Shown here piece after piece: positions 20,306-30,212 of a DNA stretch of 64,000 bases. Under the pieces are notes generated by a model, which made no database searches, was not told the DNA's origin, and saw only the letters and a program-made list of their open reading frames with translations. This stretch comes from an uncultured Verrucomicrobiae bacterium (GTDB taxonomy: Bacteria > Verrucomicrobiota > Verrucomicrobiia > Chthoniobacterales > JAFAMB01), in the NCBI GenBank assembly GCA_963813025.1, contig CAWEXO010000003.1, positions 4,413 to 68,412 of the forward strand, written 5' to 3'. The position numbers were made by a program, and so were the translations under genes. Every line of letters begins with the position of its first letter. Within the stretch, counting starts at the first letter, position 1.

Positions 20306-20438
20306 TCGTGCGTATGCTTTCCGAGAACTTACAGCTTCTTCCCCCAGAACTTCGTGACCGCGTGGAGATTGCTGCTTCATCAGGAAAACCCACCGCAATT
20401 TCCCCCAACATTCAAATACCCCCAACCCAAATATTTCG

Positions 20439-21431
20439 ATGATAGCGTCTTCTAAAACATCCTGTCGGTCCCTTTTTACAGCGCTCTTGGCCGCTGCGTT
20501 CGTGATTCCTTCGATCGTCGTTTCGCAGGAGAGCATTAAGTTCGAAAAGAAGAGTCCGGTGAAAATCGGGTACTCGGTTTTCGATCTGCAGCAACCTTAC
20601 TGGCAGGCGTATACGAAGGGAGTTCAAGATGCGTGTAAAGCGGCCAGTTACCAATTCATCATTTCCGACCAGAAGAGCAGCCAGCAAGCTGAGGTGTCTG
20701 GGAGCATCGACCTGATCAACCAGGGGATTAGCGCCCTGATCAATTCACCGATTGAGCCTGCCGCCTTGCCGGCGGTCATCGACAAGGCACATCAGGCCAA
20801 AATACCGGTAGTTATTGGCGACGTTGGTGTCGCGGGCAAATACGATGCCTTTATCCTATCGAACAATGAAGAGGGGGGTAAGCTCGCAGCCCAGTATATG
20901 GTTGACCATCTCAAGGACAAGTCTGGGACGAAAGAGATTCTTGTGATCGAATTGCATCCTGGCGCCGCAGTCGGCGTGCCGCGGACCAAAGGGTTCGTCG
21001 ATGAAATCAAGAAGCACTCTGACTGCAAAATCGTCGCATCTCTTAACGGCAACGACACAGTGCAAGGCGGCTACCAGGCAACGCAGAACGCGTTGTCGGC
21101 TAATCCGAACCTGGCAGGGATCTATGCGACGAACGATCCTGAGGCCGAAGGAGCGGTACAGGCGTTGAAGGCCGCGGGCAAAAACGCGGTGAAGGATGTC
21201 TTTCTGGTCGGATTTAACGGAGATCCCCCTGCACTGGAGCTGATTAAAAACGGTCAGATGGCCGCAACGATCCGTCAGGACCCTTACGGCCAAGGGCAGA
21301 AATGCGTTGAGATCGCAACGAAGTTGATGAATAACGAGGCCGTTGAATATTCGGACACCGCGACAAAGTCGATTTTCTTTCCGGTAAAGGTGATCGACAA
21401 GGAGAACGTCGACCAAGTTCTCCAGAAGTAG
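20439..21431 (+). CDS. Sugar ABC transporter substrate-binding protein (RbsB-like)
   Basis: Signal peptide; QPYW, AKIPVV, SNNEEGGKLAA, IYATND, LVGFNG, TIRQDP. Confidence 0.9.
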   Translation: MIASSKTSCRSLFTALLAAAFVIPSIVVSQESIKFEKKSPVKIGYSVFDLQQPYWQAYTKGVQDACKAASYQFIISDQKSSQQAEVSGSIDLINQGISALINSPIEPAALPAVIDKAHQAKIPVVIGDVGVAGKYDAFILSNNEEGGKLAAQYMVDHLKDKSGTKEILVIELHPGAAVGVPRTKGFVDEIKKHSDCKIVASLNGNDTVQGGYQATQNALSANPNLAGIYATNDPEAEGAVQALKAAGKNAVKDVFLVGFNGDPPALELIKNGQMAATIRQDPYGQGQKCVEIATKLMNNEAVEYSDTATKSIFFPVKVIDKENVDQVLQK

Positions 21432-21482
21432 GGGTGCAACGAATTTGGGACCGCAGACGAAAATAGCCTCGTTCCTGTTACG

Positions 21483-23039
21483 GTGGAAGAGGTAAGGACA
21501 GACCAGGCATCAAGAGATAGCCCGGAGCCGCTTCTCAGTCTGACTGGTATCTCGAAGCAATTTCCAGGGGTAAGAGCCCTTGACGGCGTCGACTTCAATC
21601 TCTTTGCCGGAGAGGTTCACGCCCTGATCGGAGAAAACGGTGCGGGAAAGAGCACACTGATTAATGTCATCAGCGGGCTCTTACAGCCGACATCCGGGAA
21701 AATTTGCGTAGCTGGTCAGGAGGTGGTCTTCGCCAGTTCGATGCAAGCGCAAAGGGCGGGTATCAGCACGATTACCCAAGAATTTAACCTCGTGCCCCAG
21801 CTGACGGTGGCGGAGAATATTTTTCTCGGGCGCGAGCCGACCGGAAGAATGGGTCTGCTGAACTGGCGAGAGATCAAGCGTCACGCTTCGGAGGTACTTA
21901 ACGAACTGGGTCTCAAGGTCCCGCTCGATCAGCGTGTCGCTTATCTGAGTGTTGGAGACCGGCAGCTTGTCGAGATTGCAAAAGCTCTGTCGATGGAGTT
22001 TCGCATTATCACGATGGATGAACCGACGGCGGCCCTGAACGCCGCGGAGGTAGCACGGCTGTTTGAGATCGTTGAAAAATTGAAGGGGCGCAAAATCGCG
22101 GTTCTTTATGTTTCTCATCGCCTGGGGGAAATATTCCGGATAGCAGATCGCGTGACCGTTCTGCGGGACGGCAAGCGTGTTAATACACAACTCGTCCATG
22201 AACTCACGGAAAACGACGTTGTTACGATGATGCTCGGTCACGCCCTAAAGAAAGAAACGGCACTTTATCAAACGATCCCGGCTTCCAAAAGGACGGCACT
22301 TTCCGTAAATAACATGGCGGTTCCGGGTCTTCTTTCAAATGTCTCGTTCGATCTGCGTATTGGAGAGGTATTAGGTTGCGCCGGGTTGGTTGGATCCGGG
22401 CGCTACGAGTTGACGCGCACGCTGTTTGGTCTTCTCCAAATCTCAGCCGGCGAGGTCAAGATAAACGATCAGCCTGCCCGGCTTGGCTCCTCAATCAACG
22501 CAATTCGTCGCGGCATTTATATGCTGCCAGAAGAACGGAAAGTCGAAGGCATTTTCCCGGATTTGACCGTCCGCGAAAATTTAGTGATCAGCGCAAAACG
22601 CTTGTTTAAGCGATTATCGGAGCTGTTGATCGACGCCAACGAGGAAGAAAAACAGTATGAACAGATGCGAAACTCGCTCGATATTCGTGCCTCTACTTCA
22701 GCGCAGAAAATAACGAAGCTGAGTGGCGGAAATCAACAGAAGGTAATGCTAGGGCGAGCCTTGCTGAGCAACTCGCGCATTCTTTTATTGAACGAACCTA
22801 CTCGAGGTGTCGACATCGGGACGAGGGTCGAGATTCATGCAGTCATCCGCAAATTGGCTCAAAATGGTTACGCGATCATGGTGAGTTCTTCCGACATCCC
22901 CGAACTTGTCAGTGTCAGTGATCGTTGTCTCATCTTGACGGCGGGCCGTGTAAACGGGTTGTTAAATCGAACTCAAATTAGCGAGGACAACATTACGGCG
23001 CTCGCAATCGGCCAAGAGATCGCAGGAGATGACAGATGA
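21483..23039 (+). CDS. Sugar ABC transporter ATP-binding protein (two NBDs)
   Basis: GENGAGKSTL, MDEPT, SHRL, LSGGNQQK, LLNEPTRGVD. Confidence 0.93.
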   Translation: MEEVRTDQASRDSPEPLLSLTGISKQFPGVRALDGVDFNLFAGEVHALIGENGAGKSTLINVISGLLQPTSGKICVAGQEVVFASSMQAQRAGISTITQEFNLVPQLTVAENIFLGREPTGRMGLLNWREIKRHASEVLNELGLKVPLDQRVAYLSVGDRQLVEIAKALSMEFRIITMDEPTAALNAAEVARLFEIVEKLKGRKIAVLYVSHRLGEIFRIADRVTVLRDGKRVNTQLVHELTENDVVTMMLGHALKKETALYQTIPASKRTALSVNNMAVPGLLSNVSFDLRIGEVLGCAGLVGSGRYELTRTLFGLLQISAGEVKINDQPARLGSSINAIRRGIYMLPEERKVEGIFPDLTVRENLVISAKRLFKRLSELLIDANEEEKQYEQMRNSLDIRASTSAQKITKLSGGNQQKVMLGRALLSNSRILLLNEPTRGVDIGTRVEIHAVIRKLAQNGYAIMVSSSDIPELVSVSDRCLILTAGRVNGLLNRTQISEDNITALAIGQEIAGDDR

Positions 23040-24049
23040 GCAACTCTTCGGATGCGCTAGGCTTGCGGACCATCTTTAGTGTAGCGAATGCGACTCGTTT
23101 CATCCAAGTTGCGGAAAGCCTCGGGGTTCTCGCGTTGCTGGGGATCGTCATAGTGGGAGCATCAATAATGGCGCCGGGGTTCTTCACGTACACAAATTTG
23201 ACGAACACGCTCATTACGGCCTCCATAACGGCGGTAACCGGTTTTGGGATGACATTTGCTATTGCGATGGGAGGCTTTGATCTTTCGGTCGGCTCTGTTC
23301 AAGTACTAACCGCAATCGTGGCCGCAGGTTTGCTTTCCGTGGTTGATCCGCCGCTAGCGATTCTCGGCGCCCTCCTCGCCGGTCTGGCTGTCGGGCTGCT
23401 TAATGGAGTCCTGATCAGTAAGCTCAGGCTCCCTGCTTTTGTCGTGACGTTTGGAATGATGAGTATCGTGCGTGGTGTCGCACTACTCATTACGCAAGGA
23501 CAATCGGTGATGATCACGAAGCATATAGAATTCGGATTGCTTAACAATGGTAAGATCGTGGGGTTACCTTCTCCATTCATTATACTGATGATCGTGTTCA
23601 TCATCCTCAGCGTCCTGCTTAAGCATACGCCCTTCGGGCGCCATGCCTGTGCAATCGGAGGAAGTCGGACAACGGCAATCGTGTCCGGCATCAACATTGA
23701 CCGTGTTACTATAGCCGTGTTTGGCCTCGTCGGTGTGACCGCCGCAATTTCCGGAGTGATGCTTAGCTCCCAACTGATGATTGTGGATGCAACGCTTGGA
23801 ATCGGGTTCGAGCTTCAGGCGATCACGGTCAGCGTCTTGGGCGGCACTAGTCTCTCTGGGGGGCACGGGAATCTGGTGGGAACCTTGTTTGCCGCTTTAC
23901 TTTTAGCAACGATTGCTAGTGCCCTAAACATTCTGAAGGTGATTCCGTCTTACCAATACTTGGCGCTGGGAGTGCTCCTGATTTTCGCATTGGCAATCGA
24001 CACGCTGCGTCGCGCGATCATTTCCAAAGCCCTTCTAAGCCGGGTCTAG
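23036..24049 (+). CDS. Sugar ABC permease (RbsC-like)
   Basis: GGFDLSVGS, LPAFVVT, ELQAIT..VLGGTSL; ATGA overlap with the ATPase gene. Confidence 0.92.
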   Translation: MSNSSDALGLRTIFSVANATRFIQVAESLGVLALLGIVIVGASIMAPGFFTYTNLTNTLITASITAVTGFGMTFAIAMGGFDLSVGSVQVLTAIVAAGLLSVVDPPLAILGALLAGLAVGLLNGVLISKLRLPAFVVTFGMMSIVRGVALLITQGQSVMITKHIEFGLLNNGKIVGLPSPFIILMIVFIILSVLLKHTPFGRHACAIGGSRTTAIVSGINIDRVTIAVFGLVGVTAAISGVMLSSQLMIVDATLGIGFELQAITVSVLGGTSLSGGHGNLVGTLFAALLLATIASALNILKVIPSYQYLALGVLLIFALAIDTLRRAIISKALLSRV

Positions 24050-24059
24050 AGTTATTATC

Positions 24060-25052
24060 ATGCACCTGAGCCAAGTGACAAATAGGAGACTCGGCGCTCA
24101 GCGTCACGGAATAACCGCCCTAAACTTTTTCACGAGATTCTATATTCAGTTATTGCTGGCTGTGGCGGTCGTACTTCTTGCGGCAGCGAATCCCTACTTC
24201 AGGACATTAGCAAATGCGGAGAATATTTTGCTTCAGGCTTCGTTTTCCGCGATCGGGGCCGCAGGCATGACACTCTTGATCGTTTCCGGTGCTTTCGATT
24301 TGTCCGTAGCCGGCCTACTCGGGCTTTGCGGCGTCATGACTGCCGAACTGTTACCTTCCTTCGGCGTAGTCTTAACCATCATAGCTTCTATAGTCCTGGG
24401 CATTCTCTTGGGTTTTCTAAATGGGCTGGTGGTAACCAAACTGCGAATCCCTGCTTTTATCGCGACTTTAGGAATGATGAACGTCTATCTCGCGCTTGCG
24501 TTTATCTGGACCCAGGGTAGCCGGGTGATCTCCGTCTCAGCCCCAAGCTTTGATTCCCTCGGTACCGGGACTTTGCTCGGTGTTTTACCAATACCGTTTG
24601 TGGTGACGATTGTGACATACTTCTTTTGTTTCGGAATTTTGAATCGGAGTGTTTATGGCCGTTACCTTCGCGCCGTGGGAAGCAGTGAAATCGCAGCACG
24701 GACTGCCGGCCTTCCAGTGGACCTGATCAGAATTCTGGCGTTTGCAATCGTCGGGGGTTGCACGGCTTTGGCCGGTGTCTTCCTCACTGCGGAGCTATCC
24801 TCTGCCAGCGCGATAATGGCCACCGGTTACGAACTGACGGTTATAGCCGTGGTAGTGATCGGCGGCACGAGTTTGAAGGGAGGCGAGGGTAGCCTTTCCG
24901 GTTCATTCACGGGAGCTCTTTTTTTCGCGGTGATCAGCAGTGCGCTCAACATTTTGAATGTCGCAGCCTATTGGCAATATGTTGTCACTGGTGTCTTCCT
25001 CATTAGCGCGCTTGGTGTACAGGCGCTGCGTAGCTATATTGTGGTAGACTAG
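24060..25052 (+). CDS. Second sugar ABC permease
   Basis: GAFDLSVA, IPAFIATLG, YELTVIAVVVIGGTSL. Confidence 0.92.
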   Translation: MHLSQVTNRRLGAQRHGITALNFFTRFYIQLLLAVAVVLLAAANPYFRTLANAENILLQASFSAIGAAGMTLLIVSGAFDLSVAGLLGLCGVMTAELLPSFGVVLTIIASIVLGILLGFLNGLVVTKLRIPAFIATLGMMNVYLALAFIWTQGSRVISVSAPSFDSLGTGTLLGVLPIPFVVTIVTYFFCFGILNRSVYGRYLRAVGSSEIAARTAGLPVDLIRILAFAIVGGCTALAGVFLTAELSSASAIMATGYELTVIAVVVIGGTSLKGGEGSLSGSFTGALFFAVISSALNILNVAAYWQYVVTGVFLISALGVQALRSYIVVD

Positions 25053-25369
25053 GCAATGACGTAAGCGTTTGAGTGACTCGTAGTGCGAAATGCCAACAAC
25101 CCCGGGGGTTATGCCGCGGAAAGTTTCCTACAGTCGATCTCATCATTTCCCACGACAAATCGCCTGGGAACCGTTTTGTATTTAAGCGGCTGTCCTCGCC
25201 GGGGAGCGGCCGTGACTGCGTCGAAGGCTGGCGAGCGTGCCTTCTGTTAGACAGCCGCGAAGAACGGAAAGAGGCAGCGCTCGGTTTTGAAAGAGAGCCC
25301 TTATCGGTATGAAGCGGAGACCTGGCAAAGCGTTGCGCCTTCCGTAAACGCGGACGGCCTCGTCCGTAC

Positions 25370-25571
25370 TCGGGGGGGCAGTCTGCAGAATTATCTGCGC
25401 ACCCACGAGGAGCTGATGCAGCGCGCCAATGACGTCATCGCGGGAATACGAGCGGGCTGGCTGGAATTGAACATCGGCCGCGTGCTGCCGCTGGCTCAAG
25501 CTGCACAAGCCCATGAGCTCCTGGAAACTCGAAAGACACAGGGCAAGCTCGTATTGTCCGTCGCGAATTGA
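25370..25571 (+). pseudogene. C-terminal fragment of a quinone oxidoreductase (MDR family)
   Basis: SLQNYLRTHEELMQRANDV..LPLAQAAQAHELLETRKTQGKLVL. Confidence 0.7.
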
Positions 25572-25678
25572 CAGCCATTGTCATAAGAGCACTTTGACCC
25601 TCAGGTTAAGATCCATCCCTCTCGGGCGCAGCCAATCCGCTATCAATCCGGACCTACAGGCCGCTTTAGCGTGAGTGC

Positions 25679-27751
25679 TCAAATCCCGGCGTGGATGGCG
25701 GGGCGATGCTCTGGGTCGGGCTCTGCCTTGCGTAGCACTTCCCGGGTCACGGGAGCAATGTCACCTTCGCCGCTGAGCACGTAGTAGATGAGGTATAAGA
25801 GGGGGTTACCCTCGCTCCAATTAAAATAAGCATGCGGTACTTTTCCCTTATCGTCGCGTAAATAGAGCAAAAAAGCGGCAATCGCATTTGGTACTGCCGC
25901 ACTTTGTCCGCGCAGAACGCGATGATGGCCTACGTTGACGCCCTGGACGTTCAGATCGGCCGAGAACTCGCTGGGGTCGCGCACGTAGATCTCCAAAAAT
26001 ACGACTGGATCATCTGGAGGGATGTTATTGTCCTCGCGCATTTCTTGTTCGCGGTAACTATACTCGGCGTCGTCACACCGGCGAGGGTGGTTGGCGATGA
26101 TGCGCAGTTCGCCGTGGGCAGCCATGTCTTTGAGGAAGCGCTCGGCCTCATTATCGAGCGTAATCTTCTCGACACGTAGTTCGGTCGTGCGCCAAACGCG
26201 CGAGACGAGAGAGCTCAGGACGATAGCGACAATAAAAAAGGCGCCGATTTTGACGCCGTCTGGCCGCTCGATAACATTGACCAAAGTCGTGTAAACAAAC
26301 ACGAGTGTGATCAAGCCAAAGCACACACCGGCAACTGACTGCGCCCGCCGCCATGTGGAAAGCGTCACGGCCACCGCGGCCGAAGTCATCAGGACGAGCA
26401 CCCCAGTTGCATACGCGCCACCTTGCGCGTCCACGCTTGCGCGGAAGATCAGGGTTACTGCAAACCCGAGGGCCGTGTAGATCAGAACTAGCGGCCGACT
26501 CGCCCGAGTCCATTCCGGGGCCATCCCGTAGCGCGGCAAATAGCGCGGCACGATATTCAGAAGTCCTGCCATAGCGGATGCTCCGGCGAACCAAAGAATC
26601 GCGATTGTGGAAAGATCATAGGCAGTTCCGAATCCGTCACCCAGGAATTGATGCGCTAAATAGGCGAGCGCACGCCCGTTGGCGGGGCCGGCGGGCTCCC
26701 CGTCAGCACCCGCGGAACGGAAAGCCTCCGAGGGGATAAGTAACGTTGTAACGAGCGCTGTGCTCAAAAGAAAAAGGCTCATAATCAGCGCGGCTGTAAA
26801 CAGAAGATGATGGGTGTGACGTATCTTACCGGCAGGGCGGGGCTCCTGATCGTCGAGCGATCCTTTGACTAATGGCATCATCGCCACACCAGTTTCAAAG
26901 CCAGACAATCCCAGGGCTAACTTTGGGAACAGGAGCAGACTGACACCAACCATCACGAGCGGGTTGCCATGGGCGGCAAAAAGTGCACTTTTCCAATCCA
27001 CGAACACGTGAGGATTAGTCGCAAGATGCTCGAGGCCGACGCTAACGACAATCAGATTGAGCGTTAAATAAACGCCCACCAGGGTGACCGCAATACCGAT
27101 GGCTTCCTTAAATCCTTTCAGGAACACCGCGCCCAGTAGCCCAACAAGAAAGAGTGTGACTGGCACCTGTTGACCATGGAGAAGGCGAGAAACAAACGGA
27201 TTTTCGATCAAATGCGCACTCGCGTCGGCCGCCGACAAGGTAATGGTGATAATGAAATCAGTTGCAGCGAAGCCCAAGAGTGTCAGCACAAAGAGCTTCC
27301 CTTTCCACCACGTCAGCAGGTGCTCCAGCATAGCAATCGACCCTTCTCCGTGCGGGCTTTCCCTGGCCACGTGACGGTAAATGGGCAACGCACCAAAGAG
27401 CGTCAGTAGCACGAGGACGAAGGTAGCCACAGGTGAAAGCGCGCCCGCAGCTAAAAAGGCAATGCCGGGCTGATAGCCGAGCGTCGAAAAGTAATCGACG
27501 CCCGTCAGACACATCACCTTCCACCAGGGCTGTTCAATCTCCCCTTTGGTGTGTGGCCCTTGGGTGCCTTTGACTGGTAAGTCGGCGATTAGCCATCGCT
27601 TGAACGGGTGTGCCGTTGATGAATTAGCAGTCTGCGGCGGAACATTGCTCGACGATGCGTTAATGTCGCTCAAAGCGCCTTCTAGCAAGTTCCCCAGAAC
27701 TCTGCGCGTTCTTTTTGCGGCAAGAAACACTGGATTGATTGCCTTGGGCAT
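25679..27751 (-). CDS. APC-superfamily (amino acid) transporter with C-terminal soluble domain
   Basis: [33 protein letters not shown], many TMs, [11 protein letters not shown]. Confidence 0.85.
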   Translation of the reverse strand: MPKAINPVFLAAKRTRRVLGNLLEGALSDINASSSNVPPQTANSSTAHPFKRWLIADLPVKGTQGPHTKGEIEQPWWKVMCLTGVDYFSTLGYQPGIAFLAAGALSPVATFVLVLLTLFGALPIYRHVARESPHGEGSIAMLEHLLTWWKGKLFVLTLLGFAATDFIITITLSAADASAHLIENPFVSRLLHGQQVPVTLFLVGLLGAVFLKGFKEAIGIAVTLVGVYLTLNLIVVSVGLEHLATNPHVFVDWKSALFAAHGNPLVMVGVSLLLFPKLALGLSGFETGVAMMPLVKGSLDDQEPRPAGKIRHTHHLLFTAALIMSLFLLSTALVTTLLIPSEAFRSAGADGEPAGPANGRALAYLAHQFLGDGFGTAYDLSTIAILWFAGASAMAGLLNIVPRYLPRYGMAPEWTRASRPLVLIYTALGFAVTLIFRASVDAQGGAYATGVLVLMTSAAVAVTLSTWRRAQSVAGVCFGLITLVFVYTTLVNVIERPDGVKIGAFFIVAIVLSSLVSRVWRTTELRVEKITLDNEAERFLKDMAAHGELRIIANHPRRCDDAEYSYREQEMREDNNIPPDDPVVFLEIYVRDPSEFSADLNVQGVNVGHHRVLRGQSAAVPNAIAAFLLYLRDDKGKVPHAYFNWSEGNPLLYLIYYVLSGEGDIAPVTREVLRKAEPDPEHRPAIHAGI

Positions 27752-27791
27752 CTCGACGTAGAAAGTAGGCAGCAGTGGGTCGGCAGTTAAG

Positions 27792-27986
27792 ACCGGTGTG
27801 GCATTGGAGCTTTATGCCCGATAGCTAGTTTGGTTCCGAGCGTTTTGGTTGTTGCATTAGCGAAGCTCCAGATCGGGTTGTTTGCCGATCTGGAGCTATC
27901 CTGTTTAGGAGATTTCTCTCTATCTACCAACTCGGGCCGATGCGCTGCAGTGTGAAAGCAAGAACAACATCTAACCCAAGAGAGGT
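27792..27986 (+). ncRNA. Candidate IS110 bridge RNA (structured non-coding left end)
   Basis: About 195 nt upstream of the IS110 ATG; perfect 13-bp stem agctccagatcgg/ccgatctggagct (27864-27897) and further outer pairings. Boundaries inferred. Confidence 0.5.
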
Positions 27987-28647
27987 ATGGCAAAGAAAAC
28001 CACGACCAAGCGAAAGAACAAATCAAAAACTCACCGGAGTGTTCTGGAACGGATCAATCTCAAGGCCGCAGGAATCGATATCGGGGCGAATTTTCACCTG
28101 GTGGCCATTCCCGAAGACCGCGGCTCAGAAACGGTGCGCAAGTTTGGCCCTTTTACGAGCGATCTGCAGCGGATGGCTGACTGGCTGAGCGAACACCACA
28201 TTGAGACCGTAGTGATGGAATCAACGGGGGTTTATTGGATACCGGTGTTCCAGATTCTGGAGCAGAGAGGGTTGGAGGTAAAATTGGTCAACGCAGCTCA
28301 TGTCAAGAATCTGCCTGGACGCAAAAGCGACGTCTCGGACTGCCAATGGCTTCAACAACTCCACACCTTTGGTCTTTTAAACGGCTCGTTCCGACCCAAG
28401 GACGAGGTCTGCGTCTTGCGCAGCTTCCTGCGCCTGCGCGACACCTTGGTTAAGGACTGCAGCAGCCATGTGTTACGCATGCAGAAGGCCTTAACCGAAA
28501 TGAATATCCAAGTGCACCGCGTGTTGAGCGACATCACCGGTTATAGTGGCATGGCGATGATTCGGGCGATTTTGGCCGGAGAACGCAATCCGCTCAAGCT
28601 TGCCCAGATGAAACACCCCCAAGTGAAAGCATCCACTGATCAGAAGA

Positions 28648-30055
28648 GAGATATTGTCAAAAGTTGTGTATTGGGAACGGGCGCATCCTTTGAAATGATC
28701 GATTAAGCGGCCTGTTGGGTTTGTTCTTCGCCATCGACGAACCGGACACCAGTAACTACCTTTGGGATCAGTTCGAAGCCCTGAAGCCGGCGCCAATGCT
28801 TTTGGGCTTCCAGACCGAGTTTAAAGACCATTGTCAGTGTCGCGATTCGTGAACCGCAACCCTTTGTTCGGTGAGTTCGTAATCGGACGGTAGCAAAGGT
28901 GGATTCGATGGGGTTGGTGGTCCGTAAATGCGGCCAATGTTGGGCTGGGAAGTCGTAAAAGGTAAACAGGACTTCTTTATCTTTGTCCAAGCATTCGCAG
29001 GCTTTTGGGAACTTGATTTGGTAACTGGAGATGAACTGATCGTAGGCCGCCAGAGCTGCTTTGCGGGTCGGCGCCAGGTACATTTCATGGATGAGTTGCT
29101 TAGCTTTACCTTGCACACTCTTGGGCATTTTATCCAGGATGTTGGCTGTCTTATGCACCCAACAACGTTGCTGGGCGATCGGGCCATATTCTTCCTGCAG
29201 AGCGATCCAGAAGCCGAGCGAACCGTCACCGATGGCCAACTTCGGCGCGGCGGACAGGCCTAGGCGTTTGAGCTGCCCAAGCAGTTCACGCCAGGATTGG
29301 GTGCTTTCGCGATAACCGTCGACAACAGCTAAGAGTTCTTTGGTGCCATCCTCGGTGGCTCCGATCAAGACCAGCACGCAGGTTCGCTCTTCGTCGAGTC
29401 GGACGTTGAAATAGACGCCGTCGGCCCACCAATAAACGTAACGCTTCTGCCTCAAGTCACGCTGAGTCCATGCCTTGTAATCGGCTTCCCAACTGCTCTT
29501 GAGTCTGACGATGTTGGTGGCTGAAAGCCCACTGGCTCCTTCGCCCAAAATCGCTGTCAACGCTTCGCTGAAATCTCCGGTTGAGATCCCTTTGAGGTAA
29601 AGGGCTGGAATCAAAGCATCGACGCTGGGAGCCCGACGCATATACTTGGGCAGAATCGCGCTGGAAAATCGACCTTGGTCGCGATGCCGGATCCGTGGCT
29701 GACGAACCCGGATCGGACCCACTCCACTGACCACCTCCCGCTCCGGCAGATGTCCATTGCGTACCACCAGCCGCTGCCCATTCTCATCCCGCTGATCTTT
29801 GTGGAATTGGATATAGTCGATCACCTCATTCTCGATTGCCGCCTGTAACAGCTTCCTGGCCCCTTCCTGCAGTAACTGTTCCAGGAAGGGCTTCTCTTCA
29901 TCTTTTGCTCGCTCATCAAGCGAGACCACTTTATTCTCTGGCATTGGTGCATCCTTTCTTTTTGGCGTCCTCGAGTGAGGCTGCCGTGTTTCTTTTTCTC
30001 ACTGAAAGGATGCGCCTTTCTTTATCTCCTCATCCACAAAATTCGGTTATAGCTC
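28648..30055 (-). mobile_element. IS256-family element
   Basis: Imperfect IRs GAGATATTGTCAAAAGTTGTGTAT / GAGCTATAACCGAATTTTGTGGAT; flanking duplication ctgatcag(a) at 28636 and 30056. Confidence 0.92.
28703..29944 (-). CDS. IS256 (Mutator-type) transposase
   Basis: VRNGH, LYLKGISTGD, WADG, IGDG, QRCWVHK, LRTTNPIES; intact 413 aa. Confidence 0.95.
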   Translation of the reverse strand: MPENKVVSLDERAKDEEKPFLEQLLQEGARKLLQAAIENEVIDYIQFHKDQRDENGQRLVVRNGHLPEREVVSGVGPIRVRQPRIRHRDQGRFSSAILPKYMRRAPSVDALIPALYLKGISTGDFSEALTAILGEGASGLSATNIVRLKSSWEADYKAWTQRDLRQKRYVYWWADGVYFNVRLDEERTCVLVLIGATEDGTKELLAVVDGYRESTQSWRELLGQLKRLGLSAAPKLAIGDGSLGFWIALQEEYGPIAQQRCWVHKTANILDKMPKSVQGKAKQLIHEMYLAPTRKAALAAYDQFISSYQIKFPKACECLDKDKEVLFTFYDFPAQHWPHLRTTNPIESTFATVRLRTHRTKGCGSRIATLTMVFKLGLEAQKHWRRLQGFELIPKVVTGVRFVDGEEQTQQAA

Positions 30056-30212
30056 CTGATCAGATCGTCAAAGCCTTACAGGGAGATTACCGAGCCGAGC
30101 ATCTCTTCGCCTTGCAAACGGCCCTGGAACTCTATGACACCTACCAGCTCAAGATCACCGCCTGCGAAAGCAAGATTGAGCAACAACTTGAGCAATTCGA
30201 CACTAAACTAGA

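Noticed and set aside
22780-22810. Walker B Asp-to-Asn (LLNEPT) as an inactivating lesion
   Set aside because: The second NBD of RbsA-type ATPases is partly degenerate; the first NBD is canonical.
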